A stretch of DNA of 63,767 nt, counting the filler, from Octopus bimaculoides (taxonomy: Eukaryota): assembly GCF_001194135.2 (NCBI RefSeq). It is 4 parts of 4 records of this genome, joined end to end, with 100 filler letters (N's around TTAATTAATTAA, not from the genome) between each part and the next. Parts side by side here need not be neighbours in the genome. Positions count along the whole stretch, not along the records: positions 1 to 23,754 come from NC_068981.1; positions 23,855 to 42,610 come from NC_068987.1; 2 more parts are not named here. One strand, given 5' to 3'. A program made the position numbers and the translations under genes. Under the pieces are notes generated by a model. It did not search any database. It was not told the DNA's origin and worked only from the letters and a program-made list of their open reading frames with translations. Positions 11,676-25,790 of the stretch are shown piece by piece. The stretch's first letter is position 1, and every line of letters starts with the position of its first letter.

Positions 11676-12779
11676 CNNNNNNNNNNNNNNNNNNNNNNNN
11701 NNNNNNNNNNNNNNNNNNNNNNNNNNNNNNNNNNNNNNNNNNNNNNNNNNNNNNNNNNNNNNNNNNNNNNNNNNNNNNNNNNNNNNNNNNNNNNNNNNNN
11801 NNNNNNNNNNNNNNNNNNNNNNNNNNNNNNNNNNNNNNNNNNNNNNNNNNNNNNNNNNNNNNNNNNNNNNNNNNNNNNNNNNNNNNNNNNNNNNNNNNNN
11901 NNNNNNNNNNNNNNNNNNNNNNNNNNNNNNNNNNNNNNNNNNNNNNNNNNNNNNNNNNNNNNNNNNNNNNNNNNNNNNNNNNNNNNNNNNNNNNNNNNNN
12001 NNNNNNNNNNNNNNNNNNNNNNNNNNNNNNNNNNNNNNNNNNNNNNNNNNNNNNNNNNNNNNNNNNNNNNNNNNNNNNNNNNNNNNNNNNNNNNNNNNNN
12101 NNNNNNNNNNNNNNNNNNNNNNNNNNNNNNNNNNNNNNNNNNNNNNNNNNNNNNNNNNNNNNNNNNNNNNNNNNNNNNNNNNNNNNNNNNNNNNNNNNNN
12201 NNNNNNNNNNNNNNNNNNNNNNNNNNNNNNNNNNNNNNNNNNNNNNNNNNNNNNNNNNNNNNNNNNNNNNNNNNNNNNNGTATTTGCTACACAAAGTATT
12301 TCTCAAATCTGCGAGGACTATAAACATGGAACATGAGTATAATGCTTCATATCTCGAACAATAAATATCTCACAACTGATTTTTATTATATATGAGATGC
12401 ACTGACTACTATCAGAAATGAAAAAGTATTCTTGTGGTTCATTCACTTCACTCTTTCAACCTATATATATATTACAAAAATTTCTTTTATTATTTAAAAA
12501 ATATTTTTTTGTTAGTCGACACCACTTTGACTTTTGAACTGAACGCTTTTGATATAAATGTAATTCCTCAAATTTACATCCACAGTTTATGAATATTAGA
12601 AACATTCTGAATAGTAACCTGTCTGGAGTTATATAAAATAATTTTGTAAATGGATGAAAAAAAAAAGGAAAGATATTAGATTACTCCGGTCACTTTCTAT
12701 TTTACAACCTGTAGAATAAAGTGATTTGTGAATAAATTTACTTACTTCCCGTTACAAATGAACGGATATATTATAGGCA

Positions 12780-13095
12780 CATATACATCAATACACACAT
12801 AGGTACACAAGCACAAGTACATGCGCACACACACAGGCACACATACACACGCACGCACGCACACACACGCACACACGCGCGCGGCACATGCGCACACACA
12901 AACGCACGCTCGTACGCGCGCGCAATCTCACACACACGTACACACGTGCAATACATACATACACACGAACGCACATGCGCATACACGGATGTATACGCGC
13001 GCGTGCACACACAATAACACGAACATACTTACTAGCGCGCTCACATATACGCACGCACACACAATCACACACGGACACGCAAATACACACACATA
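12780..13095. repeat. Compound alternating purine-pyrimidine microsatellite (CA/CG/TA)
   Basis: About 310 bp of near-continuous RY alternation. Confidence 0.85.
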
Positions 13096-13100
13096 GAGAC

Positions 13101-13830
13101 GACCACTAAGTGGACATCCTATATGTTAGAAAGTGGTCATCAACGACCTCTTTCTAGCATATAGGATGTCCACTTAGTGGTCATCCCTTCTTATACACAT
13201 GTAATAAATGTTTCTGAATTTTCAGATTTTTTATATGCTAGGCCACTTGGTTTTAAATTGAATTAATATTCAATTTATCACCCTCTATATATAGATAATA
13301 ATTTAGATAATTATGATCCCCAGCCGGCAACATATACTGCAGTGAATTATTCTCTGCAGAATTGTTTCCGGAATTTGGCGCGTCAGGGCTGAGACATTTT
13401 GAAAAATAACCCCATTGTAATCGGTAGAACTGTATGCAATTCTAATTTTATAAAGATAATTCGTGTATAGTTCTGCAAATGATATTGATTCTAGAACGAT
13501 TGTGCTGATGAGAACAGGGATGTTGTTACGTAAGTAAAATGTTAATGTTCGAAACCGGTACACAATTAATTCTTTATTCTGTATAGTTCTCATTTTGTCT
13601 TGCCCGCTTATGTTCTGGTGCTTTGCGAATTTGTTTCTGGAGAACATTATTTTTCTTTGTGGCTGGGTCGTTGATGAACTCTTTCTAGCATATAGGATGT
13701 CCACTTAGTGGTCATCCCTTCTCATATACATGTAATACAATTCTTCTGAATTTTCAGATTTTTTATATGTTAGGCCACTTGGTTTTAAATTGAATTAATA
13801 TTCAATTTATCACCCTCTATATATAAAGAA
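13101..13830. repeat. Inverted-plus-direct duplication: ~38 bp hairpin at 13101-13184; ~145 bp direct repeats at 13155-13300 and 13681-13830
   Basis: GACCACTAAGTGGACATCCTATATGTTAGAAAG pairs with CTTTCTAGCATATAGGATGTCCACTTAGTGGTC. The second arm and its downstream sequence recur at 13681. Confidence 0.85.
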
Positions 13831-14436
13831 TAATTTATATATAAGTTCAAATTTACAGAAAACGGAGAATGAAAAAAGCGGAAGAGTGAACAAAAATGTG
13901 TAGAAATNNNNNNNNNNNNNNNNNNNNNNNNNNNNNNNNNNNNNNNNNNNNNNNNNNNNNNNNNNNNNNNNNNNNNNNNNNNNNNNNNNNNNNNNNNNNN
14001 NNNNNNNNNNNNNNNNNNNNNNNNNNNNNNNNNNNNNNNNNNNNNNNNNNNNNNNNNNNNNNNNNNNNNNNNNNNNNNNNNNNNNNNNNNNNNNNNNNNN
14101 NNNNNNNNNNNNNNNNNNNNNNNNNNNNNNNNNNNNNNNNNNNNNNNNNNNNNNNNNNNNNNNNNNNNNNNNNNNNNNNNNNNNNNNNNNNNNNNNNNNN
14201 NNNNNNNNNNNNNNNNNNNNNNNNNNNNNNNNNNNNNNNNNNNNNNNNNNNNNNNNNNNNNNNNNNNNNNNNNNNNNNNNNNNNNNNNNNNNNNNNNNNN
14301 NNNNNNNNNNNNNNNNNNNNNNNNNNNNNNNNNNNNNNNNNNNNNNNNNNNNNNNNNNNNNNNNNNNNNNNNNNNNNNNNNNNNNNNNNNNNNNNNNNNN
14401 NNNNNNNNATATGTATATATTTGTGTGTATATATAC

Positions 14437-14476
<40 letters not shown>

Positions 14477-15227
14477 TGAGAGAAAGAGATAGATATATAC
14501 GCCAACATCTTCAAAAATGTTCTTATAAATCCTGTTTTCCATAGATTAAACTGAAATTAGTGCTAATTACCTAATTACTAAGAAGAGGAAGAATTATTTA
14601 CACTGTGTGGTTTGGTGTAGTGAGAGAGGTGGGTTGCTAATTAAATCAATGATTCATTAGCAAATTTCTAATGAGTAGCAACAACTATATCTCGAGGTGC
14701 GGTTAATTTATACCGCTTGCAACGTTTTACTTTATGGTGTAGATTCATGGGATCGAGATTACTAGATGCCCTATGGATCGCTATACATTTGTGCTTGGGT
14801 AACCTTTTTCACCATTTATTTCCATTAACTTGTGTTTGTTTATATGAATATTGTAGCTTATGTTTTCTTGCATGCAGTAGGCGTTTATATCCAGTAGATT
14901 TTTCAAGTTTTTCTTGAAATGATTCTGACATCTTCACTCTCACATTCACCAAATTATATCTTAAGCATGCAGGTCTGATCATTCTACACTTTGAAGAAAA
15001 AAAAAGGAAAACTCAATTTCTAAATTTTTACTAGTCTTATAGCACAGCTCAATTTCCTTATCAATATAAAAATATATTGCAAATGATGAGATCTATATAT
15101 CTAAAGATACAAGCGCAATATATAACAATTTACATGAGCACTCATTTACACATGCATAAATATTATATTTTTCCTTTTTTCATTCTGGCTTTCTTTCTTT
15201 CTTAATGTATGTTTGCGTGCTCGTTCC

Positions 15228-15259
<32 letters not shown>

Positions 15260-15990
15260 TGGGTGCGTGTACCGTGTGCACGCGTCTGTGTGTGCATTTC
15301 TATGAAAAACTTTCAAATTCTACTTTGTCATATTTTTCTCCGGTTACTTCCATCAACTCTTTTGCGAACAAGTGTTTTTTCTTTCTTTCACAGAATACGG
15401 GCAGTATATTCACGTTATATTAAAAACAAATTGTTTTATGCCATTTCTTTGAATGCTGATGTGCCGAAATGGAAGTTTCAAAATATGATGTGTTTAAAAG
15501 CAATACAAAAGGCTTTACATTCCTTGCAAATTTATGAAACGTATAAGTAAAATATAAAAAAAACTTCTTCTTCCTGTACACATATGACCTTAGTAAATAT
15601 ACCTATAATTTCCCTTCAAAAAGAAAAAAGAAGGACGAATATTTGTAGTATAGTATGAAAATAATGTTTAGGTATTACGATGATAAAAAACATTAACTGA
15701 CATTAAACGAATGAGAAGAATACATTTAATAATGTGCTACGTTTAATATAGTAACATTTAACAGTATTCATGCCAACGTTTTCATTTCTTTAATGATATA
15801 GGATGCAATGGACTTTTAAGATTTCGATGCAGATAATTAGATATTATTGTCATTCCTTAGTCGATGTACATTGGCAGAAAATTATTTTCTTTGTAAAATA
15901 TCTTTGACTATCAGGCTAACTGCTGGTGTATTAAAGTGTAGATTATATCGCGTGATATTCCTGGTCCTCTTTTTATTTCCGTTACTTCAG

Positions 15991-16041
15991 GTGGGCGTTG
16001 TCGTAAGGTTTTTCATCTTTAAAAGATTCCCATGCTGTTAG
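15991..16041 (+). other. Candidate 51-nt non-coding (5'UTR or lncRNA) exon
   Basis: Acceptor CTCTTTTTATTTCCGTTACTTCAG and donor AG|GTAAGT are both near-consensus; stops in all three frames. Confidence 0.35.
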
Positions 16042-16249
16042 GTAAGTTGAATTCTCAGCGAAATTCTAAGTGGAAAGCTCTTAACTAAATTGATAATATT
16101 CTTATGTTAGTATAAGATAATCCATGCATATAGCCTAATGATTCATTGAGATCCATTAAATTGTATTAAAACGCAGCAGAAAGATTATGTAACGTTTTTG
16201 TTTTAAAATCCAACTTTATAAAAATATAGTTTCGGTAGAAATAGAGAAT

Positions 16250-18063
16250 ATAAATTCATATTCTCTCAACTCCACTATAGACCGTAGTTATTGAACAACG
16301 AAATACAATTGCTTCGATGGATATATCCTCAGAAGAAAGAGAATTTGAGTCTAAAACTGTCGAGTAAGGCTATGAGGATCACTAGTTTCAGTCGTGCCCA
16401 TGGTTATATCAATTGGATTGCAGTATCTCGATATTTTAAAATCAGTTTCTTTGTCTGCTTGTTAATGTCGATGCCGATTCTTCGGTTTTACCTATGGATT
16501 TAAGGAAGTCAATCACCTAATTATGTATAAGAAGAATAAAAGAAGAGTAATGCTTTTCAAATCAAATTCTGTGAATTTTGCATTATCCCAAGAAATACTT
16601 TAAACAGACTCCTCATATTCACTACAAGCTATTATGTTATTTATGCAGTGTGTGGCAACTGACTTGGTATTTCACTATTTACGTATTTCTTTGACTATTC
16701 ATAGTTTTAAATTTTTCTTACTTATATTTTTTATTGTAGTCCTTTTTACACATTACAGCGTTATTATAGCCTTTGCTACGGCCGTCCTCAATTGTACTTA
16801 CCACTTGTAAATATTTCCCAAATGCTTACTAATTACATACACCCAGTTAATTTAAAATTTTTTCCCCACTCCCAAGTCTAAGTTATTATATTTTCCTGCC
16901 ATTGGTACATCCAAACGCTTTTCAATTTTCTTATCGTTTCCTTATTGTTTTAACAAATTATTGCTTTCTTTACATACTTTTGAAGCTTCAGCATTTACTC
17001 ATCTTTTGTTCAGGGAATTTATGTATATGTTCTCAGGCGTCTCTAAATCTTTTTGGAGCATTTATTAGATGGTATGAGATTTATTCCAGGATTGTTGCAT
17101 TTTCACCTTTCAGCTCCATCGTATATTTTCTAACTTTCATAGTTTCAACCATTTACTTAGTAATACGTTTCACTGTCATTTTGTCTTTCAACAATTGATG
17201 TATCTTATATATTCATTGTCTTAACGTAGTTGTTCCATTCCTTTCTTAACTTCAGAATTGTATTACTTCTTCCTTCTTATATAACATTTTAAAACTTTTT
17301 TTTACCTCTTGGTTTTCTTGCATTTGATATTCTCTGTTATCATTTCCTTGAAGTTTGATTTAATTCGTTCTCTACATAATAATATTTATCATAACATGAT
17401 TTTAATTTAAATTTTCTTTATACTTTCCAATTTCTCTAAGCCCGCCCAGCAGTAATGCATCTATATGGCTTTTATCTTTCTTTTACTTACTACGTTCCCC
17501 TCAAAATAATCCTCATTCAAACACACACACTAACCCTGCAGCTTAGTAGGCTCAAATAATTCGTGATTTCTGCTTTTATTTCATACTTCACATTAAAATA
17601 TGATTTCTAAGCTCGAAGTAAATATTCTAGAGTAAATACTATAGGACTAAAATATATTTAATTCATTTTTCCTTTGTATTATTTCGTTATTAGCTTTTCT
17701 CTTATTAAGTTTGTTTACCTGTAAACATAGAACATTAATTTTGTCTAAAATCCCATTATTTTAGAACTTAATATGTAAGAGTGTATATGNNNNNNNNNNN
17801 NNNNNNNNNNNNNNNNNNNNNNNNNNNNNNNNNNNNNNNNNNNNNNNNNNNNNNNNNNNNNNNNNNNNNNNNNNNNNNNNNNNNNNNNNNNNNNNNNNNN
17901 NNNNNNNNNNNNNNNNNNNNNNNNNNNNNNNNNNNNNNNNNNNNNNNNNNNNNNNNNNNNNNNNNNNNNNNNNNNNNNNNNNNNNNNNNNNNNNNNNNNN
18001 NNNNNNNNNNNNNNNNNNNNNNNNNNNNNNNNNNNNNNNNNNNNNNNNNNNNNNNNNNNNNNN

Positions 18064-18101
<38 letters not shown>

Positions 18102-18780
18102 TACATACGCACATACACACACACATATATAATATATACATACATCATGTGTATGTATATGCAAAATGATCTATATAGATTTCTAAGGTAGTTGTGATTA
18201 CACGATTCGATACCTTTATTTATTTACTTTTGTTCCCCCATTAATACATAACTACATAATTGTAGGTAATATCTATTTTTATATATTCTCCGTGTACGCT
18301 TTTCTTCCCGTGTTTCATTTCGTTAAACGTCTACGTTACAGATCCTATTTATACATTTCAAATATTTTTTACTAATTGTTTACTCAATTTAAGTTCAATA
18401 CAACTAACGTTACTTTCTGACTATTAATTGCTTTACCGAATCGTAGATTATTCAATAATTATTCTCCCCGCATTTGAGATTTAGAGACTGTACTAAATAC
18501 TCCCTCATAGTTTTAAACCTGTATGTATTTAATGCCAATTTCTGCTAATTGCTTTCTATTTCGCTGTTTTTCATTATTGAAACTCTTTTCAAATTGATTG
18601 CTTATCTTTACGTTTTACTCTCACTTTCATCCCTTTTCTATTACATCCAGTCATTAATTATATATACAGGCATATCTATGTCTACTCGAATCCTATAAAT
18701 CTGTTTCCATTCGTCCATTACTTTACACTTCGCCTCATAGCCCCTTATTTGTACACCAAATTATGCTCTTCCTCCCTACT
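16250..18780 (-). pseudogene. Very decayed long RLE-type (Dong/R4-like) LINE, interrupted by microsatellite and gap
   Basis: Purine-rich minus strand with remnants such as WTNGNRFI (N-terminal WT...FI motif) and SKKNLKL*I (RT region); many stops and frameshifts. Confidence 0.4.
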
Positions 18781-21053
18781 CATGTAACTTGCCCCATGTT
18801 CAGATAATTGCATTATGTAATGAAATTTCAAAAACTGAAAATCTACGATTTAGAAAGTTCAAACCTATGACGTACCTTATATATCACCACATATCAATAT
18901 ATAATATGTGTTAGCCCATCATTGTCCTTGCGTTGCCAATCGTAGTACGTATATAACTTTAGGTAACTGTATAAACATTTTGACGTCTTTCATTGGTCTA
19001 AAGTTCCAAGTAATTATATGTTCCATGCAATAATAGATGCTTTTCTTGTAGTATATTTCCACTTAGGTTTCTTCAGAGAGATTTTGTAATTTCTTCCAAT
19101 CGTACAATAGTCATTCATTCAATTCTTATTTTCTTCCCGCTACAGTGATACGAGAATATAACAAATTCGGTTTGAAAATAGTGTCAGATATCTTTCTGTT
19201 TCCTACTGCTAGTTGAAAAATTGAGAATGAAATACATTTGAATGTAGACATGATATTTAGGAACTGAGTAACAAATGCTGAGTAGTTACAGGTAATAGAG
19301 AAACAGTTTCACAGCTGCTCGACCAGGTATGAAAGCACTAACATATTACATCACTGGTGTAAAAATATATTAATAAGTTCGGTTTACTTAGATGTTTAAC
19401 TAGATTGTGCAGAGACATTTACTATAGTTACATTATATGCATATTGTAACCCGTCTTTTAGAGCTACGCTAGGTCTGTCGCTAATGACTTCAGTTTTGTT
19501 AGGTATTTTTCAAAAAGTAAGATGACTTTTCAAAAGAATGTACACAAAAAATTCAAAATCTAAAGGAGTCCAAACCATAATTCAGAAACATGGAGATTAT
19601 TGGCAAAGTATGTAGTATAGTATTTAAGTTTAAATGACAGAATATAACTGCTCATAACGTTGTCATTTCCTTATGCAGCATGTAATCTAACGATTGTATA
19701 GTTCAATCCCATAACGAGTAGCAGCATGTTACATGTATAGGATGTCAACGAGGTGATGAACTTCAAAACGGACTTCTAAATTAAAGACATTTTCTATACT
19801 TCCAGCTATCGGTTCTGGGAACATCGTTGATTATGATCCTATGATAAGGTGAAGGCTTCAAGAACATGGATGAAGATATAGAAACATCTAGGACAGCGAT
19901 TACGGGAGTAATCCCAACAATTGTTTTAGAATTAATATTATAAATCAGTGAGGCAAAGATTTCCCCTTAAAGATGATAGAAATTTACGAAATAAATGTAC
20001 AAGAATATAAACATATTGCCTTTAAACACTAGAAACGATTTACTGAATGACACAACCTGAGAAAATAAGTGTAAAATCTAACAGTAAATAATTATGAGGT
20101 GAAGATGAGACTACAAAATTTATTAATAAATGGATTTGTTTCAAATACAGTATTAGATTCAAATTATAACTGAAACGCAACCAATTTTAAACACCAAATA
20201 CACGTAGATGAGGGCCTTACAATTGCCCGTGGTTGCATGTGTTGTTCACACATATGATGCGGAATATGAACGTAAATAAATTAATTAAAAAGTCTCTATC
20301 TGATCTGATATAAACGAAATTGTTACAAACACACATATGGACGCACATACTTACATATAAGCACGAACACATAAGTGCGTGCACACATATGAGCGTGCAC
20401 ACATACGAGCTTGCACACACTCACATGCTCATACCAAACAGTTTCGAAACAACGCCAAAACAACGCCAGATCATATATTCAAAATAAATGGAAGTGGAGA
20501 GACAAGTTACTGAAGAGATTGCAAGAGTGCAATGAAATAATTTAACAAAAAACTATATAAATTAATAAAGGACTGAACCAGTGCGTGTGTTTATTACCGG
20601 CATAATGCCTCTCCCAAGGTTTAATTGTATTTCTTTCAACACACGTATCCACATCAAGAATCTTGCACACGAAATACACATACGAAATATTGTTTATGTT
20701 TTACACATAAGTACTTTCTTATGTATATCTTAATTCTTTACATTGAGCGCTACTATGTCTTCAATATTTCTAGAAATCTTCAGTTGTATAATCAGGATTA
20801 AGTGGTTTGGATTTAACATAATGTGGGATGTGATTAAATCTCATTACATACGTATGCATCTCTCTATCGTGGTTTCTTCCTTAGATGATGACGCCTGCAT
20901 TTTATAGGGAAGCATCAAAAACGTGAGTCACAGAATTTGTATATTTAAGTTGCAGAAATACTCTCTTTTCGAGAGTATGTTGTTGGAAAAAGTCCTTTTT
21001 CTGTTTTTATTTATTCACACACACTGGCATGCGCACTAGAAAATATAACGAAT

Positions 21054-21100
<47 letters not shown>

Positions 21101-21310
21101 ATTACATTTGCATATACAATTTAATGAAATGTAGATAAATATTTAGAGTTGATATCTTCTGCATTACTATGATGCTTGGTGCTTTTGAGATTGTTTATTC
21201 GTGAGTTCAATTCGGTGATGCTAGTAATTACTTATTTTACTGTAATTCAAAATAGCATGCGACTCCTAAAATAAGTCTCACATTGTTAGACGGCATTTTT
21301 TGCTTTGCAG

Positions 21311-21418
21311 ATTAAATGTTAATTCTGGGGCGCAACTGATGAACATGCAACAATGTGCTAACCATGACAGGGACGTGGGAGCTTTTCAGTTCAAATACCA
21401 CTACTATATTTGCTCCTG
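21311..21418 (+). CDS. Candidate 108-nt exon, unknown protein (LNVNSGAQLMNMQQCANHDRDVGAFQFKYHYYICS)
   Basis: Acceptor TTTTTTGCTTTGCAG, donor TG|GTAACT. One frame is open throughout, contains in-frame ATGs, and is phase-compatible with 24094-24242. Confidence 0.35.
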
Positions 21419-23273
21419 GTAACTGATGGTGAGAGTGAAAGACATTATCACTAGAAACCGATCGCAATTGAACTGAAATGGACGAAAACACGAAATCTGA
21501 TGTTATTAAATAGTTGGGCTAACTGAAGATATCATATCTTCCTCTTTTTCTCGATAATCACAATTTTGGATTCGATCATATTGGATATAATAGCTATGAA
21601 ATGTTGTCCCTTTAATTTTCCAGGACTTTGATGTATCCAAATTCCATAATTATAGAATGGTTGTAGAACTTGAGGGAAGGGAGAGAGAGAGATAAAGAGA
21701 AATAGAGAGAGAGAGAGAGATGGAGAAGAAAGAAGAAAAGCGAACAGTGGCCGGGAGGAAAATGAAAATCTAGATCAAAATTGGCATTGTTTGAGTTTGA
21801 ATTATGGTCGCATCAATATACTGCACATTGTCATTTTTTGTCGTATTCAGACAATCCTCTCTTTGTTATTATAATTCTGTATGTATAACATATGTATATA
21901 GTTTCTTAGGATTTGTGGATAATGTCCCAACATTTAATGGCTTTTTTACGCCTCTATTTGCAGTGCTAGCTGGTAATTAACTATTGTCACCAACTGAAAT
22001 AAACATTTTGCTCACTGAGATGCTGATACATATCCAATAAGTGTAACTCTCATTCTGGTAGACATAAAAAGCATTCCCTATCATCTCGAAACCTAGGTTT
22101 CTTCGAGGCATATTCACAACTCATTAGCTGTTTTATGCAGTATGAGCAGCACGTCCAGTTGAGAGATTCAAGTGCAACAATTTGGAATAAGATGGCTACA
22201 ACAGAAAGTAATAAAAAAAAAATTGGCCAGAATTGCTTTTATGAAAAATTTTTGCCTCTTCCACTAGGACCATCTCGGAAAACTATGCAACTTTGCAATA
22301 CACTCTTTCATTTGAACTTATATTACATTTTTTACGAAGAGTAATAAATTTTCTTCGATGCAGTGCGACAGTCTTAAATTTCATAGTAAAATTGCCCCTA
22401 GAAACTTTCAAATGAGACTGCATGAGCCGTTCATCGTGGAACTTGTAGTCCACACCGCTGAGTATGATCATTGCCCGCTATGGACTGTACAGTATTTTCA
22501 ATGAGAATCGGTACTTAGTTCATATGGGAGAAATAAATTAGAAATTTTATTCATTATTATTGCTGTGCATGGTGCAAACAAATTTCTGCCATGGCACTTT
22601 TTTGATAGCAAACGGACTCAACAGTTTGCAACAGAAGAGCTCTTCCAATGACCCATCCTGCTTCATGTATTCCAAAAGTTAACACGCGGTTTCTTATATT
22701 ATAAAAAATTTAAACTTATTCATTCTTTCACAATTAAATGAGCTTATATTTTCGAATCATATTTACTTATACGTTAACAATAACTGTAAAATATCCATAG
22801 TCAAAATACATGTAACACATAATATACATACAGTTTATACAGCGATACTGTCATTATTAAGATTCTTCATTAATAAATCATATCTTAAAAAAGTTACAAT
22901 TAGGTTCCAAATATCACGGTATACAGGAAGTAGTATATGCATTAATTCCTTTTCATTTGTTTATCATTCTAAAATATACAAGCATAATGCATCAGAATTT
23001 TAATACCTAGAAAACTTGAAAAATGATAAAACACTATAAAACTTAATGGTATCATATATACGACATAGAATCAAAGAAAAAAACACTATTTTCTACATTC
23101 CGTGGTTTGAAACTTTGTGGTAATTATATTTAGAAGCTATACCTTTGAAGTATAGACATTTAACGACAGATTTTTGAATACATCCTTGCCTCACTTTATT
23201 ATTCTCTGATTCAATGTATGTATGTATGTATGTATGTATGTACTTTGCTACTTACCACACAGCCATTTCTGCG

Positions 23274-23313
<40 letters not shown>

Positions 23314-23534
23314 GTCGACCACTAACATGGACAATTAATGCGCTAGAAATAGATCACATCTTGTGTCTATTAAGACCTAAATTGTTCTCAAAATTTTTTT
23401 ATAATGTACCTTAATCCCCTGAGATTGCAGATAATATTTCTGAATCTTTTTGATTCTTTAGATGTGCTGGCCTCCTGATAATTAATCGATATTAATTAAT
23501 ATATGATTAATTACCAGATTTTATAATATATATA

Positions 23535-23700
23535 GGTGCAGAAATGGGGGTGTGGTAAGTAGCTTGCTTACGAACCACATGATTCCGGATTCAGTCCCAC
23601 TCCGTGGCACTTTAGACAAGTATCTTCTACTATAACCTCGGGCCGACCAAAACTTTGTGACAGGATTTGGTAGATGGAAACTGAAAGAAGTCCGTCGTAT
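23535..23700 (+). mobile_element. tRNA-derived SINE family B
   Basis: TGTGGTAAGTAGCTTGCTT A-box region, GGATTCAGTCCC B-box region, TCTTCTACTATAACCTCGGGCCGACCAA body. Same family at 44942, 45175, 46415 and 47620. Confidence 0.8.
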
Positions 23701-23854
23701 ATATGTATATATATATATATATATGTGTGTATGTGTGTGTGTGTGTGTGTGTGTNNNNNNNNNNNNNNNNNNNNNNNNNNNNNNNNNNNNNNNNNNNNTT
23801 AATTAATTAANNNNNNNNNNNNNNNNNNNNNNNNNNNNNNNNNNNNNNNNNNNN

Positions 23855-23909
<55 letters not shown>

Positions 23910-24093
23910 GATATATATATATGTATGTATGCATGCATGTATGTGTGTATATATCATCCATATCGTGAGCACCTCACTCGACTCTCACATGAATCCCGTC
24001 CCAATCTTCGAGTTTGTTCTCCAACACGTCAGTTTTCGGGAGCTTATTACTTTATTTATCTTTCTGAGTGGTGGGGGCGCCGTTGACTTTCAG

Positions 24094-24242
24094 CAGAAGT
24101 AGTGAGCACGCCGATCTCACCGGCCTCGAAACGCCTGCATATGCCACGTACCCTCGCTTCTTCGAGACCAACTCATTGACACGAGACAGAATTCTTAAAG
24201 ACACAGATATTCGCACAATATGTTCAGTCGAAACATATTTAC
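24094..24242 (+). CDS. Candidate internal exon, unknown protein (RSSEHADLTGLETPAYATYPRFFETNSLTRDRILKDTDIRTICSVETYL)
   Basis: Locally GC-rich unique sequence with many C/G-ending codons; acceptor GACTTTCAG, donor AC|GTATGT; open frame. Confidence 0.4.
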
Positions 24243-24879
24243 GTATGTAGAAATACTTACGTCTCGTAAGTTCATTATATATATGCTGCTGTTTTCAACG
24301 TTTAAAAAAACTTCAGCCCGTCTTGGTCGATGAATATGTATCGATTAGAAACAAATTCTAACAGCTATACATTGTCGTCTAAATCTAAATAACTGTTAAT
24401 CCATTTACATCAATAAAATATTTTCAAATTTGAACAAATTGCACACCCTAATACGATACATTGTCACCCTCGAAAATATTTACGCTGTAAAACATTAGTA
24501 AATGTTTGGAAAATAAAATTAATATATAGACGCTACCACGCAAAACGTCCAAAGCACCAACATTAACAAAATATAGTTATTGCTTATTGTTATTTATTAA
24601 TATTAAACAGGGAGACCCAATCATATATTGATTTAAATTTCAATCACGAATAGGAAAATTAATTTCATTTGGGTTTATGGAAAAATATGGTGTCTGATAA
24701 TAATACACAACCTGTTAATATGTTCGTCTTTTCAATTCTAAAATTCATGCAGAATATTGCAACAAACAAATTAAAGCTAAACCATTCACCAAATTGTTCA
24801 CATATGGGTAATGGTTTGTGAAATGTACAGTCGCATATATAGCTAATGATATATGACAGCATGTTTCCATGCACACACG

Positions 24880-24917
<38 letters not shown>

Positions 24918-25264
24918 CATAAATATATAGGGATTGACAGTATCCTGCTTCTCCAACATACTGTGAATTCAGAAATAGCAGTCAAAGAACTACTGATTTC
25001 AAAACTACAAATTATTACTCCAGATTGATAGCGATATTTTTGATACACACAGAACAAAAATTAATTATTAATTTTATTACTAATTGACGATTCCCTGCCC
25101 TGCATATCTATNNNNNNNNNNNNNNNNNNNNNNNNNNNNNNNNNNNNNNNNNNNNNNNNNNNNNNNNNNNNNNNNNNNNNNNNNNNNNNNNNNNNNNNNN
25201 NNNNNNNNNNNNNNNNNNNNNNNNNNNNNNNNNNNNNTATATATATATATATATATATATGTAT

Positions 25265-25302
<38 letters not shown>

Positions 25303-25738
25303 TGTATGCATGCATGTGCGTGTATGTGTGTATTTTTTGTGTATGCGTTCGTGGAAGCATTCGTGTATCCATCCTAAGATCTATATGTATGTGTAATGAA
25401 AGAATAAAATAAATTTATATGCAAATATACGCGAATGATTATATAATTGCTTATGTAGTTAATCATGCACACAGAAATATATTTTTAAATAAAATTTATA
25501 TAATAACAACTATAATATTTGTAATAATAATAATGAAAATAATATTTTATTTGTTTATTTGTTTCCATTTTTTTTTTAATTTTTCTTCCCCTTTTTATCT
25601 CTCACACGTCTCTGTAAATGAACAATCTTGCGTTTGTTTTATTGGCCTACCAATGTATACAGTATGTTTCTCTGCCCTAGGTAACAGAAAGACACTCGGC
25701 AAGACACTCGGCAAGAAATGGAAGCAGAATTGAAAGAT

Positions 25739-25790
<52 letters not shown>

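Noticed and set aside
12771-13109. His/Thr- or Cys/Val-rich ORFs, and similar poly-I, poly-N, poly-F and YI-repeat ORFs across the window
   Set aside because: Translations of CA/TG, TA, TAA and CTT microsatellites.
19600-20200. Purine-rich stretch possibly from a decayed retroelement
   Set aside because: No diagnostic motif could be read in any frame.
23799-23810. TTAATTAATTAA island inside N runs (also 42655-42666 and 59200-59211)
   Set aside because: The same 12-mer is flanked by equal-length N runs three times, so it is an assembly gap spacer, not biology.
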